Positions 17,343 to 24,602 of a stretch of 62,965 nucleotides of DNA are shown here, one piece after another (the first letter of the stretch is position 1; each line of letters opens with the position of its first letter). The translations under genes and the position numbers were made by a program. The stretch comes from an uncultured bacterium (GTDB lineage: Bacteria; Omnitrophota; Omnitrophia; Omnitrophales; Aquincolibacteriaceae). Under the pieces are notes generated by a model, which ran no database searches, was not told where the DNA came from, and saw nothing but the letters and a program-made list of their open reading frames with translations. The stretch is taken from positions 38,220 through 101,184 of the forward strand of contig CAYLPP010000001.1 of assembly GCA_964385615.1 (NCBI GenBank), in the 5' to 3' direction.

Positions 17343-18607
17343 AGCTTTTTAAAAATTAAAATGAAATCGGAAAGAGAGATCCCAATTTTTTTTGCATTCC
17401 GCCTCTGGCTTGTAACCCATGATGCTTCTGTATATTTAGGCTTCCTTATAGCTATTTTGATTAAACTAAGAGGGTCTTTGGAAAGGTAATCTAGAAGTAA
17501 TTTTGTGGTTGGAATATGCTTATCATGAATCTTTGTATCACCCATCATAAGTGCAATAACCGCCCCTTTACGTAGCTGTTTTGAAAGGTTTTTAATTCCA
17601 TCGCCAAGATCAGCGACGTAAGCATCAACATTACCAGGCTTGCCAACCTTAAAAAACTCTCGTATTTCCTTCTTAGAAATATCTTTTCGATCGCAAGAAA
17701 GCCAGCCAAGCTCTAAAGAAAAAATGGTGCTAAACTTATAAACATTAAAATATGGCGGGTGACAGATCACTAAGGATATGTCTTTATTTGCTATATCGAG
17801 TGAGCGAAGATCTCGCAATTCAAATGACGGTGCTTTGAAATGTTTGGGTAATCTACTGATAGCTCCTATCGATTTTATAGCAGCTTTTTCAAAAAAATCC
17901 CACGGCTCTTCTTCGGCTGTTTCTACGTCTAAAAATAACCGCCCCTGCTGTGAAGTCGCCTTTGAAACCCTACGCAAAATTGATAAAAAACTAAGCAACA
18001 AAGCTTCTCTCATATCTCGATCTTTAATCTCGAGAACACAACTCAACAACCTTCTCAAATTGGTTACTGTTTCAGGTAAAAACCAATGGAATAGGCTTTT
18101 TTCTGGAATTAAAATGTCAGAGATTCTTATCTTGCCTCCACCTCTTTTCCGTTTATAAGAAAGTTTTACTGAATCAAGCGCTTTTATAAAATTATCTTTC
18201 TTAATCGGAGTACACTTTACTTTTGCTAGAAGAGCCGAAAGCGGGCTCACATCAGCACAAAAAATATTCCGGTTCAAATAAATACTTTCAACAGCTGTGG
18301 TTCCACTGCCAATTGTAGGATCAAGAATATTTTGATCTTTTTTGGAATATATTTGAATGAGATGCCTAGCTACAGGCGGTGGAAACTTCCCATAAAATCG
18401 AAATAAACCATGCGTCAAATAACTTAGCTCTTTAGATGAGTAATCTAAATTCCAAACCTCGGTTATAGATTTATATTTAGATAAGTCTGCAGCTCTAAGC
18501 AGTGCATTCTTGTATTCTTTATCAGCTGGATTAGAGGAAATTTCAACGGTTGGTAACAAGGCTTCGGTCATGCTGTGTATATTAGCAATGTACTTCTCAG
18601 GTTTCAA
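17339..18607 (-). CDS. Second DNA amino-methyltransferase-like protein (HPPY variant of motif IV)
   Basis: FYGKFPPPVARHLI..ILDPTIGSGTTAVES (motifs X/I), then VICHPPYFNVY. Overlaps the downstream MTase gene by 4 nt. Confidence 0.65.
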   Translation of the reverse strand: MKPEKYIANIHSMTEALLPTVEISSNPADKEYKNALLRAADLSKYKSITEVWNLDYSSKELSYLTHGLFRFYGKFPPPVARHLIQIYSKKDQNILDPTIGSGTTAVESIYLNRNIFCADVSPLSALLAKVKCTPIKKDNFIKALDSVKLSYKRKRGGGKIRISDILIPEKSLFHWFLPETVTNLRRLLSCVLEIKDRDMREALLLSFLSILRRVSKATSQQGRLFLDVETAEEEPWDFFEKAAIKSIGAISRLPKHFKAPSFELRDLRSLDIANKDISLVICHPPYFNVYKFSTIFSLELGWLSCDRKDISKKEIREFFKVGKPGNVDAYVADLGDGIKNLSKQLRKGAVIALMMGDTKIHDKHIPTTKLLLDYLSKDPLSLIKIAIRKPKYTEASWVTSQRRNAKKIGISLSDFILIFKKL

Positions 18608-18772
18608 GAATCCCCTTTTTGAAATATATGTCGGGCACCTGCATCGCTAGTTGAGAAGAGAGACAAGGCATGCTTTAAAATATCAAGTAAGCCTGTCATA
18701 TAAAAGTAGTTTCGCGGGAAATAGCCCGTAAAGTGCTGAAATCGCTCAACTCTAGTGGACTTCCTACGAAGA

Positions 18773-18894
18773 TTAACTTTTCCCCGCAAACCAGGACTTG
18801 AATTCAGGGCTTTGGGCGGTCGCGGGGCCAGACGTTGAAACACGGATAATGGCGTTGGGGCCTACATAGAAATAGCGCAGGCCGGACCCGGCGT
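18773..18894 (-). repeat. Direct-repeat copy A: displaced 3'-terminal fragment (last ~40 codons plus stop) of a homolog of CDS 19897-20595
   Basis: Hand alignment to 19897-20018 gives 122 bp with 6 mismatches. In the gene frame it reads ..AGSGLRYFYVGPNAIIRVSTSGPATAQSPEFKSWFAGKS*. Confidence 0.8.
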
Positions 18895-19043
18895 TTGAGC
18901 TCAGTGTAGGCGGCCATCATATCACAAGCAAGCGCTGGCCAACCACCGAGGATTCTTCGGTAGTTGAGTTGTTGCAGAAAATGCAACGGTTGATCCTTTT
19001 TGTGAATTTCCAGTATGTCCCAAAATGGAACTAACACCAGCTT

Positions 19044-19352
19044 TTAGGCTGCTTTTTTTGAGGGGCGGATACGGATTTCGATTTCACCGTTCAAGGCATC
19101 AACAACCTTAACCAGGGTTTCAAGGCTGAGGTTGGCGGTCTCATCGTTTTCCAGGCGGGCAATAAAGGGCTGCGACACCCCCATACGGGCAGCCAACTCC
19201 CCTTGTGTCAGCCCCAGTTTCTCGCGCAATTCGATAATCTGGGTGATGACCCTTAAACGCTGAACCCCGGCTTCGATCTTTTGCCGGAAGCGTTTGTCTT
19301 TAAGCAGAGGCCGCATAAGCGTTTTATGCGCCGGGGCTTTCATCGGTTTCAT
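19044..19352 (-). CDS. higA: HigA-like XRE-HTH antitoxin
   Basis: The HTH is LREKLGLTQGELAARMGVSQPFIARLE. Lies downstream of, and overlaps by 4 nt, a RelE/HigB-like toxin gene (toxin-first order). Confidence 0.7.
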   Translation of the reverse strand: MKPMKAPAHKTLMRPLLKDKRFRQKIEAGVQRLRVITQIIELREKLGLTQGELAARMGVSQPFIARLENDETANLSLETLVKVVDALNGEIEIRIRPSKKAA

Positions 19353-19726
19353 GGCTCGTTTTCTCCTAATTGAATTTTCCCTTTCTGGTATCTATTGACA
19401 AATTCTTCCATGTTTCTAACAGCAATTCTCATTTCCCTTTCAGGAACTGCCTGGGTCTTTTTACGAAATGCGTGCACGAGAACTGCATACTCCTTAAGCA
19501 TGAAAAAATAAATGATCCGAGTCTGCTTGGGGCGGAGTTCATAGAGCTTGTCCCCTAGATAATCCCCTACCGGCCGCCTGATCTGTTCGCCCATCTCTTC
19601 AAGGTAAGCGATATACTCAAAGCATTTGTCTCGCTCGTCCGGAGGTAACTTTGAAATAAACTCCCAAACCGGATTCCGGCCTTTTTCATCAAAATAATAG
19701 ACAACGCTCTTGTTCATGAGCGCCAC
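19349..19726 (-). CDS. higB: HigB/RelE-superfamily toxin (phage Gp49/DUF891-like)
   Basis: 125 aa. The pattern YFDEKGRNPVWEFI..L......K......L.E.G......V..L.DKLYELR.K..RIIYF......AVLVHAF.KK matches the Gp49-like toxin pattern. Confidence 0.7.
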   Translation of the reverse strand: MALMNKSVVYYFDEKGRNPVWEFISKLPPDERDKCFEYIAYLEEMGEQIRRPVGDYLGDKLYELRPKQTRIIYFFMLKEYAVLVHAFRKKTQAVPEREMRIAVRNMEEFVNRYQKGKIQLGENEP

Positions 19727-19728
19727 CC

Positions 19729-19754
19729 ATAATATAACATATAGGTTATATTAT
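19729..19754 (-). promoter_or_regulatory. Perfect 10-6-10 inverted repeat (ATAATATAAC-ATATAG-GTTATATTAT), probable TA operator/promoter
   Basis: Starts 3 bp upstream of the toxin start codon. AT-rich with embedded TATAAT-like hexamers. Confidence 0.45.
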
Positions 19755-19773
19755 CAAGACTCGATTTAGACAC

Positions 19774-19809
19774 AAAAAAACCCTCCTGAAATTTGAGATT
19801 TCAGCAGGG
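19774..19809 (-). terminator. Rho-independent terminator of CDS 19897-20595
   Basis: On the minus strand: CCCTGCTGAAAT-CTCAA-ATTTCAGGAGGG (12-bp stem, 1 mismatch) followed by T7. Confidence 0.6.
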
Positions 19810-19896
19810 TAAACCGTTACTGCGTCTTTACGCGTCCTCCACAACCCGACTTTGAAAAAATTATACCGTGATCAGGCTGTGGATCAACAAAGAATT

Positions 19897-20018
19897 TTAG
19901 TTTTTGCCCGCAAACCAGGACTTGAATTCAGGGCTTTGGGCGGTCGCGGGGCCAGACGTTGAAACACGGATAATGGCGTCGGGGCCGACATAGAAATAGC
20001 GCAGGCCGGAGCCGGCGT
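19897..20018 (-). repeat. Direct-repeat copy B (functional 3' end of CDS 19897-20595)
   Basis: Partner of 18773-18894. See the alignment evidence there. Confidence 0.8.
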
Positions 20019-20595
20019 CAATAGGGTCGGCGTGGAGCTGGAAGTCGTCGGGTTTCATGGGGATATTGGTCAGGTAATAATTGTATTTGCCGGTTTTTCC
20101 GCTTTCGTAGCTGACAGGCAGAAAGCCGTCGAGGGTCAGCTGGCGCAGTTTGACCGGGAAAAATTCTTTCTTTTCGTAGTAGCGCACGGCGGCGTTGTTA
20201 ATATTAGCCAGACTGCGGATAGCCTGAAATTCCCAGACAGGGTTGAGCATTTGGTCGGGGCGCTCCCGGTAATGCTGAACATTTTCCCAGAAGGTTTTAG
20301 GAGCGGACTCCTGGGCCGGAACCGGGGTTTGGGCGACAGGCGCAGGCGCGGTTTTTAAATCAAGAATCACTTCACTGCCGGGCTCAGCGCCGGCAAGCTT
20401 CACGGAATTGGATTTCACTTCAATCACGCGCGAGCCCGCGACGGAATCCCCTACTTTATAAGGACTGCCGTTGATGATCGCGATCGCGGGTGAATTGCCG
20501 GAAGGGTCTTCGAGCACGCCTTCCAGGCGCAGGTCTTCGGCAAAAAGCGGTGCGGTCAGCAGAAGCAAACCCGCGAGCAGGATAAGTTTTTTCAA
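19897..20595 (-). CDS. Secreted hypothetical protein (232 aa)
   Basis: Signal peptide LLLLTAPLFAED and a proline-rich linker. No family assignable by eye. Its 3' end is the target/duplicated segment of the adjacent insertion. Confidence 0.55.
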   Translation of the reverse strand: MKKLILLAGLLLLTAPLFAEDLRLEGVLEDPSGNSPAIAIINGSPYKVGDSVAGSRVIEVKSNSVKLAGAEPGSEVILDLKTAPAPVAQTPVPAQESAPKTFWENVQHYRERPDQMLNPVWEFQAIRSLANINNAAVRYYEKKEFFPVKLRQLTLDGFLPVSYESGKTGKYNYYLTNIPMKPDDFQLHADPIDAGSGLRYFYVGPDAIIRVSTSGPATAQSPEFKSWFAGKN

Positions 20596-20602
20596 ATTTT
20601 TC

Positions 20603-23212
20603 TCATGAGACCAGCGCGGGCTCGAGAGCCGCGTTTTCCGCCAGCCAGGAAGAGGCTTCTTTGGAGCCCCGGGCGGTCCAGCGGATGTTGGACTGAATAA
20701 TTTCCAGCGACTGTTTCATGGTGCGCTCAATGCCGGCGATCGCGTTTTTCTTGAAAAACGCCTGCACGTCTTTGAGCTCAGCGGGTTTATTGAACCCGGT
20801 CACGGAGCCTTCAAAAATATGGCCCAGCATGGAAGCCACGCTTCCGCCTTCGTAGCGCCGGCGCAGTTCCTTCACGTTGGATTTATTGAAAGCCCAGGCC
20901 TGGTGGCGGGCAGTGCGGTTGGAGCCGAAACCGCCCAGAATGGCGTAGGTGTCCTGACTGCGCACTTCTTTTGAAAGCGCGAATTTCAGCACCTGAGCGA
21001 TCAAACCCTTTTCTTTGAAGCGGGTCAGCGAGCGCATGATCCGGACTTTTTCTTCATGCAGAGTTACGGTCTTGTAGAGTTTCAGTAGTTGGTCGAGCTC
21101 TTTTTGCCCGCCGTTTTCAGCCGTGATCGCGTAAACCGGCCCGCGCAGGTTCGGCTCAAGCTCGCCGGTCTTCACGTAATACTCAAACAGCGCCTTGGCT
21201 TCGTTGATAACTTCCGGCGCGCCGTAATGCCCGGCCTGCGAAATCAAGAGCGAGCGAAGCAGAAGGTCGGAGTGCGAGTCGGTGGATTTTTTCTCCCAGC
21301 CCAGCGATTTGAGGCAAGGCAGAAGAAGCGAGCGGGCAAAAGCGGAAAGACGCTCCCGGTCTTCTTCCTTATCCAGCAGATTATTAATCGAGCTCAAACT
21401 TCCCGAAACAATGCTCCAGATATTGTACTCACGCTCATTTTTAGCGGAGCTCAAAATCTGCAGAAGGCAGGAGGTTTTAAGGTAACCCGCGCGAGTCAGC
21501 GCGTGCGCGTCGCTTAAAATGCCCAGCGCGTCAATCACCGGATCAGGCAGGCTGCCCGATTCCAGCGCGTTCACCACACCGGCCAGCAATTCACCCGGAT
21601 AAGACGTGCGGTAAAAACCGCTCTGCCCGGCGTTGATCTTGACCCAATCGCTCTCCCCGCCCAAATCCACCACGGAGGAAGCCGATTTCAGCAGACCGAT
21701 AAAAGGTTTTTCCTGGCCCTGGCGCTGAATCACCAGCGGAATCTGCCAGCGGGTTTTCTTCGCGTCTTTGCTTCCGTCAAAAAGAAAACGTTCCTGGCTG
21801 AGTTTGAGTTTGCGCCCCTGGGCTTCAACTTTCAGCACCGGAAAGCCGGGCTGGCGGGTGTAGCCGTCCATAATGGCCTGCACGGGCTTGCCCGAAACCT
21901 GCTCCAGCACTTTCCAAAGATCGTTGGTGGAAGCGTTGCCGTAAGCAAACTTCTTAATATAAACACGCAAGCCTTTGCGGAAAACATCTTCGCCCAGGTA
22001 ATGCTCGAGCATCCGGTTGACCGAAGAGCCTTTGCTGTAAGTGATCGCGTCAAAAATTTCGCGGATCTCGGCCGGGTTCTGCACCGGGATTTCGATCGGG
22101 TGTGTGTTGCGAAGGGCGTCAGAGCCCAGCGCGCGCAGGTAATCGGCCACCACGAACTGATCCCAGATTTTCCATTCCGGGAACTGGTCGTGCACGGCTT
22201 TCGGGCCCATATAAGAAGCGAAGCCTTCGTTCAGCCAAAGGTCGGTCCACCATTCCATCGTGACCAGATTGCCGAACCATTGGTGCGCGAGCTCGTGGTC
22301 AATGACTTCGGCCACACGCTGGCGCGCCGCCGCGGAGGAATTTTGCGGGTCGACCAGCAAAGCGGTTTCGCGGTAAGTGATCAGGCCCCAGTTTTCCATG
22401 GCGCCGGAAGCAAAGTCAGGCAGAGCGACCATGTCGCACTTGGGAAGCGCGTATTGAATACCGAACCATTCGCCGAAATAAGGCAGGCAGTGCAAAGCGA
22501 CTTCGAGCGCGAAACGCCCCTGCTCTTTTTTGCCGGGCACGGTGTAAATGCGCACCAAAGTTCCGTTTTTGTCTTTGGCTTCAACATACTCCAGGTCCGC
22601 CACCACGATCGCCAGCAGATAAGTCGACATGACCGGAGAAATTTCATAATGGAGCTGTTTGAGACCGCCGGTTTTTTTCACGGTCTTTTCAACCGGCATA
22701 TTGGAAAGCGCGGTCAGGTGTTGAGGCACGATCACGGAAATCTTGAAGCAGGCTTTGGCGTCGGGCTCATCCCAGCACGGAAAGGCACGGCGCGCGTCGG
22801 TGGCTTCAAACTGAGTGGCCACGCCCCAGCGTTTCTCACCTTTTACGGTGTAGGCGGTGCGGTAAAAGCCGTGCATCTTGTCGTTGTGGATGCCTTCAAA
22901 TTCAACGCACAGGCAGTTGGCTTCGCCGGGTTTTACGGAACGGCCGAAATCAAACGTGGCGGTTTCGAATTTTTCGTTGTAGGAAATTTTTTTAGCTGGA
23001 AGATCGGCTTTGAGCTTGGCACCGCACAGCCAGGCTTTTTTGATTTTCAGTTCGGCGGAATGCAGGGTGATGGAAGAAAACGGTTTAACCGCTTTAAAAG
23101 TGACGGACTCTTTGCCCTGGAACGTGAATTTTTTAAGGTCGGGCTCGAAGGTGATGCTGTAAACAATGGGAGTGATGTTGCGGTCGAGACGGTAAGGATT
23201 TTTTTTTGCCAT
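20603..23212 (-). CDS. pepN: M1-family aminopeptidase N
   Basis: GAMENWG exopeptidase motif and HELAHQWFGNLVTMEWWTDLWLNEGFA (HExxH-x18-E). Long ERAP1-like C-terminal domain. Confidence 0.9.
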   Translation of the reverse strand: MAKKNPYRLDRNITPIVYSITFEPDLKKFTFQGKESVTFKAVKPFSSITLHSAELKIKKAWLCGAKLKADLPAKKISYNEKFETATFDFGRSVKPGEANCLCVEFEGIHNDKMHGFYRTAYTVKGEKRWGVATQFEATDARRAFPCWDEPDAKACFKISVIVPQHLTALSNMPVEKTVKKTGGLKQLHYEISPVMSTYLLAIVVADLEYVEAKDKNGTLVRIYTVPGKKEQGRFALEVALHCLPYFGEWFGIQYALPKCDMVALPDFASGAMENWGLITYRETALLVDPQNSSAAARQRVAEVIDHELAHQWFGNLVTMEWWTDLWLNEGFASYMGPKAVHDQFPEWKIWDQFVVADYLRALGSDALRNTHPIEIPVQNPAEIREIFDAITYSKGSSVNRMLEHYLGEDVFRKGLRVYIKKFAYGNASTNDLWKVLEQVSGKPVQAIMDGYTRQPGFPVLKVEAQGRKLKLSQERFLFDGSKDAKKTRWQIPLVIQRQGQEKPFIGLLKSASSVVDLGGESDWVKINAGQSGFYRTSYPGELLAGVVNALESGSLPDPVIDALGILSDAHALTRAGYLKTSCLLQILSSAKNEREYNIWSIVSGSLSSINNLLDKEEDRERLSAFARSLLLPCLKSLGWEKKSTDSHSDLLLRSLLISQAGHYGAPEVINEAKALFEYYVKTGELEPNLRGPVYAITAENGGQKELDQLLKLYKTVTLHEEKVRIMRSLTRFKEKGLIAQVLKFALSKEVRSQDTYAILGGFGSNRTARHQAWAFNKSNVKELRRRYEGGSVASMLGHIFEGSVTGFNKPAELKDVQAFFKKNAIAGIERTMKQSLEIIQSNIRWTARGSKEASSWLAENAALEPALVS

Positions 23213-23263
23213 ATTCCCCTGCCTGAGAGTTAAGAATAAATGCGAAAAACGGATTATATCATA

Positions 23264-24160
23264 CTATTTTTTGGGGTGGGATTTGAAGAAGTCCCAGATT
23301 CGGTCGGTGGCGGGCACGCCTTCATCCGCCGTAGGCCAGGCATGGTCGCCGTCTTCAATTGTGTAAAGCTCCACGGCCGTTGAATCACGGCAGTCCGCGT
23401 AAAGCTCCCGGTTCCAGCCGTCGCCAGCTTGGGTTTCGGGATCGGCCGGGCACTCGTCAAATTTTTTCCAGAAATTCACCGCGTAAGAAACCGGATGGTC
23501 GTATTTGCTCCCATAAATAACGGGGCTGTACCCGCCGTTATAAAGCACCTTGAGGTCGGCCGTGCCGTTAAAGGCCAGAATCGAAATGGGTTTTTCAGGA
23601 AGGCAGACACCGTTGAGCGCCCCGCTGACGGGTGCGACTGCCGCGAAAATATCTGAAGCTTCACAGGCGAGGCGATAAGCCAGAATCGCTCCGTTGGAAA
23701 AACCGGTGACGTAAATTCTCGAAGAATCGACCGGATATTCTTTTTGAAGTTTGCCGATCAGCGCGCGGATAAAACCCACATCGTCAATCTGAGCGGCGTC
23801 GGCGTAACCGCAGCAGTTACTGCCGTTCCAGGTCAGCTCACGGGTCGCTCCGGGAATTTCACTGGTGCCGTTAGGGTAAACCACGATAAATTTTTCATCT
23901 CGTGATTTTTCGGTAAATCCCGTCGCCTGTTCAACGGCGAAGGCATTGTCCAGCGCGCCGTGAAGCACCACAACGAGAGGAACCGGCTGATTCAGGTATT
24001 TGGCCTCAGGAGCATGAAGGTGGTAACTGCGCTGCTGACCCCCGTAAATCATCCGCTCGAGGTCATCGGCCCGGGCTGAGGGCGAAACCACGGTCAGGAA
24101 GAGCAGGATTAGAAGCCAATATCCGCGCGAACGCATGGCTAAAGGATAGCATGAAGGCAA
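23264..24160 (-). CDS. Secreted PHB-depolymerase-family esterase (LpqC/COG3509-like)
   Basis: Signal peptide. PLVVVLHGA, NCCGYA and VTGFSNGA (GxSxG) motifs. The true start may be the internal MRSRGYW. Confidence 0.7.
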   Translation of the reverse strand: MPSCYPLAMRSRGYWLLILLFLTVVSPSARADDLERMIYGGQQRSYHLHAPEAKYLNQPVPLVVVLHGALDNAFAVEQATGFTEKSRDEKFIVVYPNGTSEIPGATRELTWNGSNCCGYADAAQIDDVGFIRALIGKLQKEYPVDSSRIYVTGFSNGAILAYRLACEASDIFAAVAPVSGALNGVCLPEKPISILAFNGTADLKVLYNGGYSPVIYGSKYDHPVSYAVNFWKKFDECPADPETQAGDGWNRELYADCRDSTAVELYTIEDGDHAWPTADEGVPATDRIWDFFKSHPKK

Positions 24161-24218
24161 AGAAAGGGTTTGAGTTTCAGGCGGGATGTTTTAGAATCTT
24201 GGTCAACCGGAGGATTCA

Positions 24219-24602
24219 ATGAAACGTTTTCTTTCTATTTTTTCCGCTTTCGTCCTGCTCCTTTCAGCCTCACCCGTTTTTGCTTCTTATGAACAAACCC
24301 AGCGTTATGAACGGTTAGAGCCGCCCAATGCCATTGAGAAATACGGCATGAAGGTAGGCGAGAAATTCGATTTCGGGGTCCCGAATTTTTTGATGGGCTG
24401 GACGAATATTCTGACGGAACCGGGTCTCCACCGGAAAACTTCGGATTCCCGGGGGAAACAAGCTCTGTCGGTAACCGGAGGAGCTTTGATCGGCGTTGGG
24501 CTTTTTGTCGTCGATACGGTTGGAGGCGCGGTCAATATTCTGACTTCCCCCATTCCCGTCATCATTCCGCTTCCTCGAGGCGGAGTCAAAACGGCGCATT
24601 AA
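24219..24602 (+). CDS. Small secreted protein, possibly exosortase-system-associated TIGR04073-like
   Basis: 127 aa with a signal peptide. G.PNFLMGWTNILTEP resembles the G..N...GW.EIP core of that family from memory. Weak call. Confidence 0.4.
   Translation: MKRFLSIFSAFVLLLSASPVFASYEQTQRYERLEPPNAIEKYGMKVGEKFDFGVPNFLMGWTNILTEPGLHRKTSDSRGKQALSVTGGALIGVGLFVVDTVGGAVNILTSPIPVIIPLPRGGVKTAH

Noticed and set aside
18604-19037. ORFs 18604-18843 (79 aa) and 18804-19037 (77 aa) as real genes.
   Set aside because: Both read through the duplicated gene-end fragment (18773-18894) in the wrong frames. The region is better explained as MTase promoter DNA, a displaced gene fragment and a possible recombinase relic. 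The rve-like resemblance is too weak to annotate.
22001-23233. A 410-aa plus-strand ORF, and similar long antisense ORFs at 2522-3244, 49506-50471, 59593-60183, 26894-27592 and 10561-11064.
   Set aside because: All lie antisense to confidently identified genes (pepN, YiiX-like, cydA, START, the giant ORF, the YD protein). Their translations are low-complexity and R/G/F-rich with no motifs, which is typical of shadow ORFs.
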